The notes below the pieces were generated by a model. It searched no databases and was not told the DNA's origin. It saw only the letters and a program-made list of their open reading frames with translations. Below, piece by piece: positions 1 through 19,558 of a stretch of DNA of 64,000 nucleotides. Position numbers and translations under genes: made by a program. The number at the start of each line of letters is the position of its first letter. Positions within the stretch are counted from its first letter, which is position 1. The stretch lies in the NCBI RefSeq assembly GCF_009914755.1, contig NC_060939.1; one strand, given 5' to 3'. Source of the stretch: the human T2T-CHM13v2.0 reference genome, Homo sapiens.

Positions 1-317
1 AAATAAGATAAGAAATTTCACCTGAAATCCCAACACTTAAAATGCCATTTAAAATATTTTCCCAAGTAGCCCCATTTTTTAAAATGAGCAAATTAGCTTC
101 CCACTTAACTTCTTTCACTTAATACTAAACTGTGAATAACTTTCACAGTGTGATTTTCATTTCTGAAATTGCCCAGCTTCTAAGGCCCACTGCATGCAAG
201 GAATTTAGCTAAAACACATAGTCCTTGAGGAGATGACAGTCTAGAAGCAGAGACAATATACACTGTAGTTAATGACAGTTAAAATGTCCTTAACAAGATT
301 AAAAACTCGTGGGAAAA

Positions 318-1080
<763 letters not shown>

Positions 1081-2103
1081 AAACATGTTTTTTAAAAGAA
1101 CACACAAAAAAGAATAAAATTCCCTGAGAACTAGCTTTATTTCTTCCATTTCTGTGGTCTCCTGGTCTCAGACTGGAATTGTTTTGTTATTAAGTAAAAA
1201 CCAGCCCTCAACTGGCCAAAGCACAAAGGTAAGTCACTGACTCATGTAACTAAACTCCCTAGGAACAGACCCAGCTTCAGGCAGAGCTGGATACAGGCTG
1301 CTCATCTGCCTAATTTGGTCTGGGTGCTGCTCCTTGGCTCTTGGTTAGCTTCCTTTCTGTTGGTTCCTTTCTCCTTTGCAGAGGCAAAAACAGCACACGC
1401 TTTTAGTTGGAGTCTTGCTGCCTCCTGGGATGTTCTTCACCACCATCCTGGGGATTCACTTTGACTCAATCTTGGGTTGGGTTCTTTGTCTCCTTATCCC
1501 ATATATTCCTCTTCTTTGATTTGCTCTCTTATTTTGGTGGAGGCTCCACTCTACTAGTTTCCTGAGAGAAGCTGCCTTGGAATGAAATGTTTTGAGACTT
1601 TGTATGACCAAAATGTTTCTTTAGTTTACCCTTGTGGTTAATAGTTTTGCTGGTGTGAAAGAGACTGCCAGTGTTACATATATCTTGTCCTCCTTTCTTT
1701 CCTGGGTACATGACGGGATTACCTTTGCAAAGGACTAACAGTATCTTTGCAGTTAGGTAGTCTTGTGATGAGTGTAGCCAATAAAATGAAAAAAGAAGTG
1801 TGTGACCTCCAGGCCCAGGGAATTAATAGCTTGGGTGCTACTCCAGGCTCTCTTCCCCTGCTGCAGGAGCTTTGGAGGCCCCTTGTTTCAGAGCAACATC
1901 TCAAGGTGAAAAGAACCTGGATACCTGAATCACAGGATGGAGGGGATCACCTGCCAACTTGCCTTTGCATGAACAAGAAGGAAGCGTTGTTAGGCTGGCC
2001 TACTGAGATGCTAGGGTTTCTTTCTTTCCTTCATTTTAAAATTGCAACGTTATCTCAGTGGAATAGATTATTCTTAGGTGCATCGTTCATATAAAGAAAA
2101 ATT

Positions 2104-2422
<319 letters not shown>

Positions 2423-2926
2423 TCAAAGAGGTGGAAATCTGTAATCTTGGAAAGGAAGATTCACCACCAAAACAGTAACCATAGTGGAGAGTGTGTTAAT
2501 AATAAAGTTGATGCAATTCCAATAAATATCCCAACAGGATTTTCTTTTTTGAGGGAGAGCGAAACAATCTGATTCTAAAGTTAATGTGGAAAGAAAAACT
2601 CTAAGGAAATATAAAGTTAAATTCGGATCTCACACCTGACTCCAGGATAAATTCTAGTTGATTAAAAAATTAAATGTAAAAAAAAGATACCATAAAATAT
2701 TAGAATAAACAATCATACTTGTTTTGAATCAAATGCTGGGGAGGGCATTTCTAGGTACAACATAAAACTGGGGAGCCATCACAGAAGAGTTTGATAGATT
2801 CAATTATTCTAAAATAAAAAAGAAAAAATCCACATGTAAAAACCCTCCCCAGGCAAAGTCACAAGACAAACAGTAAACTGGCGAGCATTTGCAACTCAAA
2901 TCACATATAAAGAATAATTTCATTGC

Positions 2927-3220
2927 TGTATGTTTTAGTCCATTTGTGCTGCCATAACCTGAGATGGGTAATTTGCAATAAATAGAAATGTATTAACCCA
3001 CAGTTCTGGAGGCTGGGAATTCCTGAGAGGTCAGTGTCTGACAAGGACCTTCTTGCTGCATCATCCCATGGTGGAAGGCAGAGGGCAAGAGAGAGGGCAA
3101 GGGGCTGAACTCACTCTTTTATAATAACATCAATCCCACCCATGAGGGCAGAGCCCCCATGGCTTAATTACCTCTTAAAGGTCCCATCTCTTAATAATGT
3201 TACAATGGCAATTTAATTTC
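2927..3220 (-). mobile_element. MaLR LTR (MST-like) fragment
   Basis: TGT..TTAGTCCATTTGTGCTGCCATAAC..CACAGTTCTGGAGGCTGGGAA..CTCTTAAAGGTCCCATCTCTTAATA. Confidence 0.65.
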
Positions 3221-4259
3221 AAGGGTATGTGCCACCACACCCAACAAATTTTTTTTGGTATTTTTTGCAGAGATAGGGTTTTGCCATGTTTCCCAGGCTG
3301 GTCTCAAACTCCTGGGCTCAAGCGATCCACCTGCCTGGGCCTCCCAAACTGCTAGTATTACAGATGTGAGCCACTGCACCTGGCCTTGTCTCATTTTAAT
3401 GTCTCTCTGGACCTGATAATTAAAAAGACTTGCATTTCTCAGATAAAAGTGATTTTCTTTTTCTCAAAAGGATATGAACAGAGAGAAAAGAAAATGCATA
3501 TGGATCTTCAAAGATGAAATGATGTTCAGTCTCACTCATAATAAGTAATTTCACACAAACTACAATGGGATATAATTTTTCACCCACTAGACCAACAAAT
3601 ACTTCAAAATTTGATAACACATTGTATTACTGAGGATACAGGGAAACAAGGACAATCACAAATTACTTGTGGGAGTCTAAATTGTTTGTAACCCTTACAG
3701 GGCACAATTTGACAACATCTAGGAAAATTTTGCATGCAAATACCCTTTGAACCAGCAATTCTCTTTTAGGAATTCATTTATATTTATAGATATGTGACAT
3801 GATGTGTGCACAAGTCTCTTCATGGTGACACTGTAACAGCAAAGACGAGATAAGCTAAACAGTAGTCAACAGGGGATTGCTTAAATAAATAACAGTACAG
3901 CCACACAAAGAAATATTCTGTAGCTCTAAAAATGAATAAAGAAGCTCTTTATGAACAGACATGGATTCATCTCCACTGCATATTGCTCAGTGAAAACAGT
4001 GAGTTGTAGAGTATGTCTACATTATACTACTATTTGTGGTTTTCTTAAATGAGGAAAATATGTATAGCTTTTGCATGAACAAAATATCTCTAGAATGAAG
4101 TATGTACAAAAATCTGTTAATCATGACTGTTCATGGGAAGGGGACTGGATAGGAGAGAAGGTGGAAGGGAGAATTTTCACCATTTATACTTTGAACCCAT
4201 TGATTTTGGGACCAAGTGAATACACTGCTTATCTAAAAATTAGAAATAGTTAAAATTTA

Positions 4260-4617
<358 letters not shown>

Positions 4618-5644
4618 TCAGCATCATTGGTGATGTAACCCTTGGGGTGGTCAGTTTATAGGCCACACGTGTGAGAGTGCCACTCTGCTGTCTAGTCTAT
4701 CTTAGCAATTTTAGGGACACTATTGCTGTGAGGAGTGACACTGTCCCTGTCCACCATACGAGAAGAATGTGGGTTTTGGTTTCCATTTGCTAAGATGACA
4801 TTCAGCTGATATAGTCCAGAGGAAAGAAAGGAAAACAGAGCAACTCCCTTTTGATATCTTAGTTGATGACAGCCATAATTAGTGAGTAAGAAAAAATGAA
4901 AAGATTTCCAGTCGAAGATGACTGACTAAACATGAGAATTTACCCTTCCTCCCTGTTTAAATCCTATTTCAGGGACCAAAGGGATATAAAATGGAGAGTA
5001 ATTCTGTAGCAGCATTGGAAATTTAGAAAAGGTGCTTTTTGTGTTTTAAAAATAGATTTAGGGGGTACAAGTGAAGTTGTGTTACATGGATATATTGCAT
5101 AGTGGTGAAGTCGGGGACTTTTATTGCAACTGTCACACAAATAGTGTACATGACACTCATTAGGTAATTTCTCATCCCTGAGCCCCTTCTCACCCTCCCA
5201 CCTTTTGGAGTCTCCAATGTCTATTGTTTTATTCTCAATGTCCATGTGTACACATTGTTTAGCTCCACTTATAAGTGAGAACATACACTATTTGACTTTC
5301 TGTTTCTGAGTTATTTCACTGAAGATAATGGCCTCCAGTTCCATCCATGTTGCTACAAAAGACATGGTTTCATTTTTTTAATGGCTGAGCAGTAGTCCAT
5401 GATGTACATATATACACCACATTTTCTTTATTCAGTCATCCATTGATGGACACTTACGTTTATTCCATGACTTTGCTATTGTGAATAATGCTGCAATGAA
5501 CATACAAGTGCAGGTATCTTTTTCATATAATGATTTCTTTTCCTTTGGGCAGATATCCACGAGTGAGATTCCTATATCAAATGGTAGTACTACTTTTATT
5601 TCTTTGAGAAATCTCCATACCGTTTTCCATAGAAATTGTACTAA

Positions 5645-6051
<407 letters not shown>

Positions 6052-6620
6052 AGATTTTATCTCTTTGTGGTTTTAGTTTGCATTTCTCTGATGATTAGTA
6101 ATGTTGAACATTTTTTCATATGTTCGTTGGTCACTTGTATATATCCTTTTGAAAAATGTTTATTCATGTCCTTTGCCCACTTTTTAATGGGGTTATTTTT
6201 TTCTTGTACAGTTGTTTGAGTTCCGTGTACATTCTGAATATTAGTCCTTTGTTGGATGCAGAGTCTGCAAATATTTTCTCCCTAGACTTCATAAATTACT
6301 TCAGTAAAGTTTCAGGATACAAAATCAATGGTACAAAAATCAGTAGCATTTCTATACACCTATAACAACCAAGCTGAGAACCAAACCAAGAACTCAATCC
6401 CATTTACAATAGCTATGAAAAAAATACCTAGGAAAATATTTAACCAAGGAAGTGAAAGATCTCTACAAGGAGAACTACAAAACACTGATGAAAGAAATTG
6501 TAGATGACACAGACAAATGGAAAAATATCCCATGCTCCTGGATTGGAAGAATCAATACTGTTAAAATGATCATACTGCCCAAAGCAATCTATGGATTCAA
6601 TGCAATTCCTACCAAACTAC

Positions 6621-7036
6621 TGTGTTAGTCTGTTCTCAAATTGCTACAGATACATGAAACTGGGTAATTTTTAAACAAAAAAGGTTTAATTGGCTCACAG
6701 TTCTGCTGGCTGTACAGGAGGCATGACTCTGGCATCTTCTCAGTTTCTGGGGAGGCCTCAGGACACTTACAATCATAGTGGAAGGCAAAGGGAGAGTGAG
6801 GAGTCTCACATGGTGGGAGCAGGAACAAGAGAGAGACCGGCAAGGTGCTACACCCTTTTAAACAACCAGATCTCATGAGCACTCACTCACTATACAGTAC
6901 CAAAAGGGCATGGTACTAAACCATTCATGAGAAACTGCCCTCATGATCCAACCACCTCCCACGAGGCCCCACCTCCAACACTGGGGATTACAATTTCACA
7001 TGAGATTTGGTGGGGACACAGATCCAAATAATATCA
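6621..7036 (-). mobile_element. MaLR solo LTR (MSTA/MSTB-like) nested in L1
   Basis: TG..CA termini, GGTTTAATTGGCTCACAGTTCTGC..GGGGACACAGATCCAAA, 5-bp TSD ACTAC/ATTAC. Confidence 0.85.
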
Positions 7037-7821
7037 ATTACCAATGTCATTTTTCACAAAATTAAAAAAAAATCCTAAAATTGATATGGAACCAGGAAAG
7101 AGTCTGAATAGCCAAAGCAATCTTAAGCAAAAAGAACAAAGCTGGAGGCATCACATTACCTGACTTTAAACTACTCTACAAGTCTATAGTAACCAAAACA
7201 GCATGGTACTAGTAAAAAATAGACACATAGATCAATGGAATGGAATAGGGAACCTAGAAATAAAGCCACATACCTACAACCAACAGATCTTTAACAACAT
7301 AAACAAAAATATACAGTGGGGAAAGGACACCCTATTCAATAAATAGTGTTGAGAAAATTGGCCAGTCATATGCAGAAGAATGAAACTGGACCAATATACA
7401 AAAATTAACTCAAGGTAGGATTAAAAACTTAAATGTAAGACCTGAAACTATAAAAATCCTAGAAGAAAACCTAAGAAAAACTCTTCTGGACATTGGCCTA
7501 CACAAAGAATTTATGATTAAGACCTCAAAAGCAAATGCAACAAAAATGAACAAAGAAAAACAGGACTTAAACTAAAAGGCTTCTGCACAGCAAAAGAAAT
7601 AATCAGCAGAGTAAAACGACAACCTACAGAATGGGAAAAATATTTGGAAGGGATCTTTTTAAGAGATCAGAAGAGACAAAACATTCTTGAAGATATAAAG
7701 TAGATGGAATCAGATTGGTGGCAGTTCTAGAATTTGGGTGCAGAATAAACCTGTTAGCATTGCTCCAAAATAAAACAAGAAATTGTACTAAAGGTTTAGG
7801 TAGTGCTAAAGAGAAAGAGAG

Positions 7822-7945
7822 GGCTGGGCGCGGTGGCTCACGCCTGTAATCCCAGCACTTTGGAAGGCCAAGGTGGACAGATCACCAGAGATCAGGAGTT
7901 TGAGACAAGCCTGTCCAATGTGGTGAAACCCCATCTCTACTAAAA

Positions 7946-7984
<39 letters not shown>

Positions 7985-8130
7985 TAGCTGGGTATGGTGG
8001 CACACACCTGTAATCCCAGCTACTCGGGAGGCTTAGGCAGGAGAAGGCGGAGGTTGCAGTGAGCTGAGATCGCACCACTGCACTGCAGTCTGGGTGACAG
8101 AGCGATACTGTCTCAAAAAAAAAAAAAGAG
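7822..8130 (+). mobile_element. AluS with (CA)n in the middle linker and an (AG)n tail extension
   Basis: Alu arms separated by a CA repeat at about 7948-7983. Confidence 0.9.
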
Positions 8131-10271
8131 AGAGAGAGAGAAAGAGAGGATGTTGGGGCTGGAGAATAGAATCAGTACTCTCAGGTAACAGATGCATGGA
8201 GTGGGGACAAGGAGGATACCTACTAAGAAGTCAAGCAACTCGGAGAATCTAAATGTCAGTCTGTCTAGTCACAGGTCAACTCGTTGCTATGTCAGAAAAG
8301 CAATCAGTTCTAGAAAATTAAAAACACATTCTAAAATAAAAAATCGAATGACTGTTTCACAAAGAATGGGCCTAACCGAAGATCTTATCAGAGAGCTGAA
8401 AGACTGAATAGAGGAATTCTCTTAGAATACAGTGCAAAACAAGATGACAGGGATAAAGCCGAATAAGTCAGCAATTATAATTAATATGACCAATGTGTAG
8501 TGCTCATAGAGTACTTGGGTTCAAATCCTGCCCAATCCTTTCTGATCTTGGGTAGGTCATGGAATCACTCAAATCCTCAGTTTCTTCAGCTGTTAACTGG
8601 GGACAACCAGAAGAACTACCTATAGGCTAGGTCTGAGCACTGTATAAAATAACGCGGGTAAAGTGCTCAGTAGAATACCTGAATTGAGAGGACTCAATAC
8701 TGCTTAGCTACGTTCCTATCACTATTAATATTACTAATGGGCCATCAGACATGCTAAAAATAAATACCTACAACAGAGTGGAGACCCTGTCACTAAAAAC
8801 ATAAATAAATAAGTAAATAAAATATACAACCACACTAACATTCACAAAAGTATTCTAAAATAAAATTATTCAGGAATGTTGAAAATTAAATGACAAAGGT
8901 AGTCACTTATTTACAAAATCTGTGAAAGATGAGAAATGTGAAATTAAAAAAATGGAATTTAAAGCCAAAAATATTCAATAGGACAGATTTTATATTTACA
9001 CATAAGAATACGAAGACACTAGAAGAGCAATGAATCTTTATGCCTGAACAACATGCTATCAGAATATATAAAGAAAAATGAATTGATAAGTTAACAGTCA
9101 AAATGAGAGGATTTAGTAACTTTCTCAGGAAAGAACTGATTTAATAGACAAAAAGCAGTTTTAGATTTTGAGATCACAAGGCTGACTCTGTAGTAATATA
9201 CAGAAATTTGAACTCAGTATAGAATATACACTCTTTGTAAGTACACGTATACTATCTACAAAAATTGACATAGTAATAAACCAAAAAGTCTCAATGAATT
9301 TCAAAAAGCGGAAAACATTTAGGCTAATTTTCTAACTACCATGCAATAAAACCAGAAATTAGAAATAACAAAGAAAAGAATATCCCCAATCAAAAAAAAA
9401 AAAAAAGAAAAAGAAAGAAAAAGTTATATGTATTTGGAGATAAAAACAAAGCAAAACAGAGAGGCTTTCTGTTATTTATGCGTAAACCAGGAAATCATGG
9501 TTGCGATTGCCAACAGTTTATGCTGGGACAAGGGCTCAGTGTAGTAAAGCCAGCAGGATGTGGCCAAAAAATGTAAGAAGACAAGGGAAAATAAATGAAC
9601 TCTAAATATTAGGAGACAAAGCATAGAAAGTAGAAATTTTAAAATAAAAAAGCAGAAATTAATGAAACAAACAAACAGGGCAAACAACAAAATTTGTTAA
9701 GCCCCAAATCGAGTTCTTTGAAAAATAGCTAATACAACTGTGAAACTACTGGCAGACCTGACCCAGAAAAAAAAAAGGAAGAATTAGAAAAGAAATATAA
9801 CTATAAATAGGGAAGAGATTTAAAACTTGTAATCAACTCTATAGAAATAAATTGGAAAATGTGTAAGAAATGAATATTTTTATAAAAATGTAAACTACCA
9901 CAATTAACGAAAGAGTCAGAAGACCCAAATCCTTGCTGGTTCTGTTGAAGAAATGGAAAAGGTAGTCAGAGGTCCGGCCCTGAAACAGGCGGCAGATATA
10001 GGTAGTGTTATGGGGGATGCTAGTGAACCTTCAAGGAGCATGTGATTCCAGTTATTCAAACTGTCAGAGCACAGGAACAGATGGAAAGTTTTCCTTCTCC
10101 TTCCAAGTCTAGCAAAATCTTGATAACAAAACTCATTTGAACGATAAGTATATGAAGTAATGCATATGTTAATTAGCTTGATTTAGCCATTCCACAGTGT
10201 CTACATATATCAAAACATCATGTTGTACACCACAAATATATACAATTTTTATTTGTCAATTAAAAAAATAA

Positions 10272-10736
<465 letters not shown>

Positions 10737-10841
10737 AATAAGTATGTATGAGTGGATTAACAATGGAATGATTGTTTAATGCATTCATTATTTTATTACT
10801 TTTTAAACCATAAGAAGAGGTAGGAAGTATTATCTACATAA

Positions 10842-11052
10842 GGGGTTGGCAAATTTTTTTCTGTAGAGAGCAAGATAGTAAATATTTTAGTCTTTGGGGG
10901 CCATGCGGTCTGTTGCAACTACTCAACCTTGGTGGCTAGCATGGAAGAAACCACAGACTATATGTAAATGAATGGATGTGGCTGTGTTCCGTTAAAATTT
11001 TATTTCAAAAACAGGCTGCAGGTTGGATTTGGTCCACTGCCATACTTTGCTA
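10842..11052 (+). mobile_element. MER58A-like hAT DNA transposon
   Basis: AGGGGTTGGCAAATTTTTTTCTGTA..GATAGTAAATATTTTAG..GCAACTACTCAAC..GGCTGTGTTCC. Confidence 0.7.
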
Positions 11053-11357
11053 AATCTGATTTCTATATCAGTGGGGAAACTGGTATTTTGATATATTTTA
11101 TTAAGCCTCAGTCCAATATTTTATTCATTTATTTAAAAATATTTACTAAAGACCTTTATGTTCCAGGCACTGCTGTAGGAACTAGGAGTACTGGGAACAT
11201 ACCAGTGAATAACACAAAGCCACTATCGTCATGGTGGTTGCATTCTATTCTGAGAAAACAGACAACAAGCACATGCAGAACAAAAACAACAAAACAAAAC
11301 AAAACAAAAAACATGCTCAAGAGTGATCAATGCTATAAAGAAAACAAAGCAGGATAA

Positions 11358-12010
<653 letters not shown>

Positions 12011-12021
12011 CTAAGACCTGA

Positions 12022-12426
<405 letters not shown>

Positions 12427-13802
12427 TGAATTGGAGGGTCTGGGGTTCAGGGAGGGGTCAGGCTGGAGAGGCAAATATGGTACTTATAGGGTAGAGGCCC
12501 ATGAGATCATCAGGAAAACACTCGGAGAGTGTGCAATGAAGAAGACCTGGGGCCCCGGAGCAATATAAGGATACAGGATCCAGGATTCAGAAAAAGAGAG
12601 GAAAAGCTGGGCAGGAGAGCAAGGAGGAACAGGGGGAAGTGTGAGCCTCAGAACCCAAGAGAAATGTTAATGAAAGGCCAAAAGATGAGAACCAAGAAGG
12701 TTCTCACTGGCAACCTTAACGGAAGAGTGGGGTACAGAATAGGTTCAAGAAGGAATGTGATGTGAGGAAGTCAAATCCAGCGCTTGGAGGCCCCGGCTTT
12801 GGGACAGAGAATTGGTCCCTGCAGAGCACGGTCTGAGGCCAGTGTGACTTTCACCTCTGCTCACTGCAGGACAACCAGAGAGCTCCATCCCAGGCTGAGC
12901 TGGGCTCTGAAATTAAAAGGTGGATTGAAAAGGTTCCTTCCCCTTTTGTGTGTATGTCGGGGTAGGAGGGGGTGGAGGGTGAGGGCTGCTGGAAGAAGGT
13001 GAGGAATGAAACAAAAATGGGCAATACATTCTGATAAGCATGTAAACAGGGGCCAATGCAAGGGTGTATGGAAACAGAGGAGGCTCCCATCCCATTTGTC
13101 CAGGTCTGTTCAGTGGAGGACAAGGGGAGTTTGAAAATAAAATGCCCAAGGATTTAATCAACCAAAGAGCCAGGACCCTCCATACGTACGATGTTGCCAT
13201 GATGACCATGCCCGTGTGGGTGGTAGTTTGGCCGTTTCCTATCCAAGGCGGACGCCCCGGTGGGCAGGGGTAGGTGGGAGGCCTGTGTTTCCATCCTGAA
13301 GCTTAAGAACCAGGCCAGCCCATCTCGGGTTTGTGTCTGGGCACATGCACCCTGTGGGTGAGATGCACCAGGTCATTGTAGGCCACAGGCTCTGGAAAGG
13401 GCACAGAACACGGGGCCTGAAGCAAGTCACTTCAGCTCAGAACCTCAGTTTCCAAGCCTGCCATTTTGGGGAACTGGGGTTCATGATACCAGGGAGTGAA
13501 AAATTCTAGGTATAATACATGACCAGCATTTCTTTCTACTTCTCCCACACGATTCCCTTTTCAGCAGATTAAATGTTTGTGAGCCAAAGCACAACGTGGG
13601 CTTCGCTTCTCTCTGCATGCTTCAGCCTTGTCCAGACATGGCGTGTCACCTGTGTCTCCGGCAGTCACCAGCTGTCCTCCAGGCTGCTGCTGTGGGCTTC
13701 TCATTGGTGGATCCGAGGTCCTGGATACTGTCGCCTTGGTGAATGCACAGTGATGCGTGTGGGGAGGTGCAGAAGCTCTTCCGAGTTATTCTCTGCACTT
13801 AC

Positions 13803-13917
13803 AGATTGAGTTTATCCCGTGATGAAGCTCAAAATCAGTTATGCTTTTCTATCTCCTCTGTTGTATTTCTCCTCAACGTCCACTTCTGTGAGTGAGTAAG
13901 GTTGTCTGTTTTGACAG
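13803..13917 (-). pseudogene. Candidate exon D of the decayed CARD-domain gene
   Basis: Strong acceptor CTCCTTTTTCTGTTCATTCAG and donor CT|GTAAGT; 115 nt; non-repetitive; stops in all frames. Confidence 0.45.
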
Positions 13918-14410
13918 CTGAATGAACAGAAAAAGGAGGTTTTAAAAGCAAAAGTCTGCTGTGTCCCAGTTTCCCAGTTAACTCCATTCTCTCTAGCCAT
14001 TCATGGCATGGAGACAGAAAAATCACAGAGCAATCAGAGTGCATTTTCTGAAATCAGTCTCAACTGCGGAGTGGGAACGTGCCACTCTGAGGAACTTCCT
14101 TCCGGCCCGGCTTTTGTGACATGTCGTGTGGTAGCGGTCGTATTCCATCCCACCTTGTCCTCCAATGCTGAGCTCAAGGATTTGGGAAAGCACATGGTCC
14201 CACCCCGAGGTCACAGGGAGGGCTTTCGCCACAGCAGATGTGTGTGCCGTTCACATGTCCTCGACAGCCAGCGGAGTCACAATTGATTTTGATGTTAATA
14301 TGGCAAAATCCATTAGGGAGAAAAACTTTCCCCCATTCATTGACTCACAACCCAAGTAGAAATTGTTTTTTGACATTATCCACATTCCTGTTCTTCCCAT
14401 GAGGCATATT

Positions 14411-14662
14411 TGAGGCGGGCAGATCACCTGAGGTCAGGAGTTCGAGACCAGCCTGGCCAAAATGCTGAAACACCGTCTCTATTACAAATACAAAAATTGG
14501 CTGGGTGTGGTGGTGCGTGCCTGTAATCCCAGCTACTTGGAGAAGCTGAGGCTGGAGAATTGCTTGAACCCAGGAGGCGGAGGTTGCAGTGAGCCGAGAT
14601 CTCACCACTGCACTCCAGCCTGGGTGACAGAAAAAGACTGTCTCAAAAAAAAAAAAAAAAAA
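14411..14662 (+). mobile_element. AluS, 5' truncated
   Basis: GAGGCGGGCAGATCACCTGAGGTCAGG..A tail. Confidence 0.9.
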
Positions 14663-15649
14663 GAGCTGACATTCTAGGTGTTTAATAATACCATACTATC
14701 ATATCTAGTGTGATAAAATAACAACATGCATTTTCCACAGGACTATATTTCAAAAGAGTATGAGATGATTATATTATATTTTTAGACCAAAGTTTCACTG
14801 ATGCAGAAAAATCTGTAAGTTGCAGGTTTATTTTTAATAAACAAAATCGACTTTATGCACCTTGTAGGTTAACCTAACCGACATTATTGTAATTTATTCA
14901 GTAGGTAGGGAAGTTTGAACTCTACTCTTGAATTCATGGCGGGATATATTAATAGTAGGGAGCATGCGGGGAAGTACGCAGACATTGTTAGCAATAAGCA
15001 GTGAACACACAGAGAGTGGTGATATAAAGATAAACCAATACAGACAGAATGTCCAAATAAGGCCCCAGTAGGGCATGTTTTCCACGTTTCCTAGCAGGGT
15101 TGGGAATACCCTATTTAGATTTTCAGACCAGAAAAGGGTAATGAAGTCAGAGAGATTAGCCTGGGCAGAAAGGGAAGAATGGACCAGGGGCCATCCATTC
15201 TTCCCTGTGCTGGTGAGAGCACAGGTCACGGCTACAGAGAGGGGGGTCAACCTAAGGATGCAGGCAGGGTTGGCTATAACAGTTCCTTGGGAAATGGAAG
15301 TGTAGGAATATTGTTGGCTTAGTTTTAAACCCAGAAGAGGAAATAGCTCTGGAACTTAGGCTGGGGGATGGGGGCAGAAAGGACTCAGGTCTTTATTCCT
15401 AGACTACTCCAGTACATATCTTACCCCATGGGCACCTGTATCAACAGACTCTGAGGGAAAGGTTTGCAGCAGACATGGACCTTGAAAATGCTGGAAAAAG
15501 AGAAGGTGCTGATCCTCCCCAGGAATCAGAAGACCAAAAGCCTTAGAAACTCAAAGAAAGAAAGCTATAGCAGGGGGCCTACTTTGGCTCCCAGACTTCA
15601 GCTCTCAGGGCCAACATAGAGCTATGATTTGAGGACTGTTCTTTCCATC

Positions 15650-16460
<811 letters not shown>

Positions 16461-17058
16461 CCATCTTAACACTGTCCCTGGGTAAAGGACTAAAAAAGAA
16501 AAGACAGAAGGAAGAAGGAGCTAGGACCCAGGGATAGGTAGGATGTATCAAGGAATAAGAATCAGCATACTGTGTTTCCACAAAACACAAGAAAGAAAGT
16601 AAAAATCTAGAAAGATCTGCAGCACTGTTTAATTCAGTACATGTGCCTCAGGTATTTCTGGGGGCTGGTTGGGGGGCCAGTCCCAGGCAAACTGAAGGTG
16701 CGGAAGCGGTGGTGGGATTAGCTTAGTCAGCAGGCCTGGTACGCATGGACTAGTTGCATAAAGTACTGGAAGCCTTGGACCTGATGGTTGTCTTCAGAGT
16801 AAAAAAGGAGGTAAGCAGAAAAATGCAGTCTACAAGCTGCTGAGTCAGTTACCACTTAGCATGACTTGAGTGCCAAAGATATGACAGGCATAGAGTAGTT
16901 TGGGGCACAGAAGAACAGATCAGAGGAGGTTACAGGTTTTTGTGCATTTAATCCTTACGACAAATTTATGAGACAGGTGCTGTTCTTTATCCTCATTTTC
17001 CAGATGAGAATCTAAGGCATAGAAAGGTTTAGCAGTTTGCCCAAGGCTGCACAATACT

Positions 17059-17790
<732 letters not shown>

Positions 17791-18299
17791 GCATGTGTGC
17801 ATATTACAGTTACATATAAATGAGGCTCTGTCTCTCTCTCCATACTGAAAGCAGGAAGTAGAAGAGGAAAAGAAACAGAAATCACATTTTTGTCAAATCC
17901 CAGAGGCACTTGCAGTCCAGAATCTTGTATTAGGAAGGGCAGTGGGTGATGGGGCAAACCTTACCTCCTGGATGGGGCTGTCAGGACTTCATGTCTCCAT
18001 GGAGGGGGCCCACCCCAGAACCACCAGCTCAGCCCCAGCCAGCAAAAGCCTCCTGGCTCTTCAGGAGCCTGCTATCACAGGGAACCCAAGTCCACCCACG
18101 TCAGGCTCAGGGACCTTGGAGGGCTTTGTCCTGCGATTACATTGGTCTCTATCCAGCAAAAGAAAAGTTGGAAAGCAGTCTGTGTGCTTTCTAAATGAAC
18201 ACACTGTGATAATGGGGGCCCAAAGTACATATTTCTAATAACAAACCTGATTAGAGGTAAAATTAATTGTATATGCTATTTAAACATAGTATATGTTGA

Positions 18300-18843
<544 letters not shown>

Positions 18844-19431
18844 CTGCAAGGAATAGCCATGAAGGCTTACCGCAGTTCAAGTGTTACTCTAGCCCACAAA
18901 ACACATAATTTATGAGCCAAAAGAGAAGCTGGAGGCCATTTATGTTGGAGCAACTTCAAAATGTCTCACCAACAATTAAGACTATTTTTGTTTTCCTTTC
19001 GGAGAAGCATTAGCACACATTTTAGAGAATGACCGCTTAATTTATAACCTCTTACTCATATTTTAGAGGTTTACTACTGAAGGGCAGAGTTATTTGGAAT
19101 GTTCGGAATGAGTTGCATCATCTTGTTTTAGGCTCCAGCAAAGAACAAAAACTAAGAACAGACACCAGGCACACACTTCAACGGCATCAAGTGCCCACAG
19201 TCAAATGGAGTCAAGTGCCCACAGTCAAATACCATTCTTCTCATACTGCGGAACAACCAAAAAAATCACACAGTGGCCTAAGTATGTCCTAGAAAATATT
19301 AGCATCAGCAAAACAACGTGTAAGTAGCCAAAGGACGCAGTGGAACAAGAACTATGAGGAGAGGAAGAAAATGAAAAGTAAAAAGACAGGCCTTTTTAAA
19401 GATTACAAACACACCGAGAATGTTAACATAC

Positions 19432-19558
19432 TTGTTACATAATTGGAGACTTTGTTCTTGATCTTCAGTGTCAAAAGCACTGCTACGATCGGGTTGAGTT
19501 CCAACCCTTGCTTTTTCTTCTGCAGCAGATGCATTTTGTAAGGTCCTATGGGTTTATT
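19432..19558 (-). pseudogene. Candidate exon B of the decayed CARD-domain gene
   Basis: Acceptor TGTGTTATAATGCAG|, donor AA|GTATGT; 127 nt, phase 1 in / phase 2 out; (E)*THRTLQNASAAEEKARVGTQPDRSSAFDTEDQEQSLQLCN with one TAA at 19556-19554. Confidence 0.55.

Noticed and set aside
19187-19230. 20-bp direct repeat TCAAGTGCCCACAGTCAAAT x2
   Set aside because: Two copies with a 4-nt gap: a simple microduplication, not an array.
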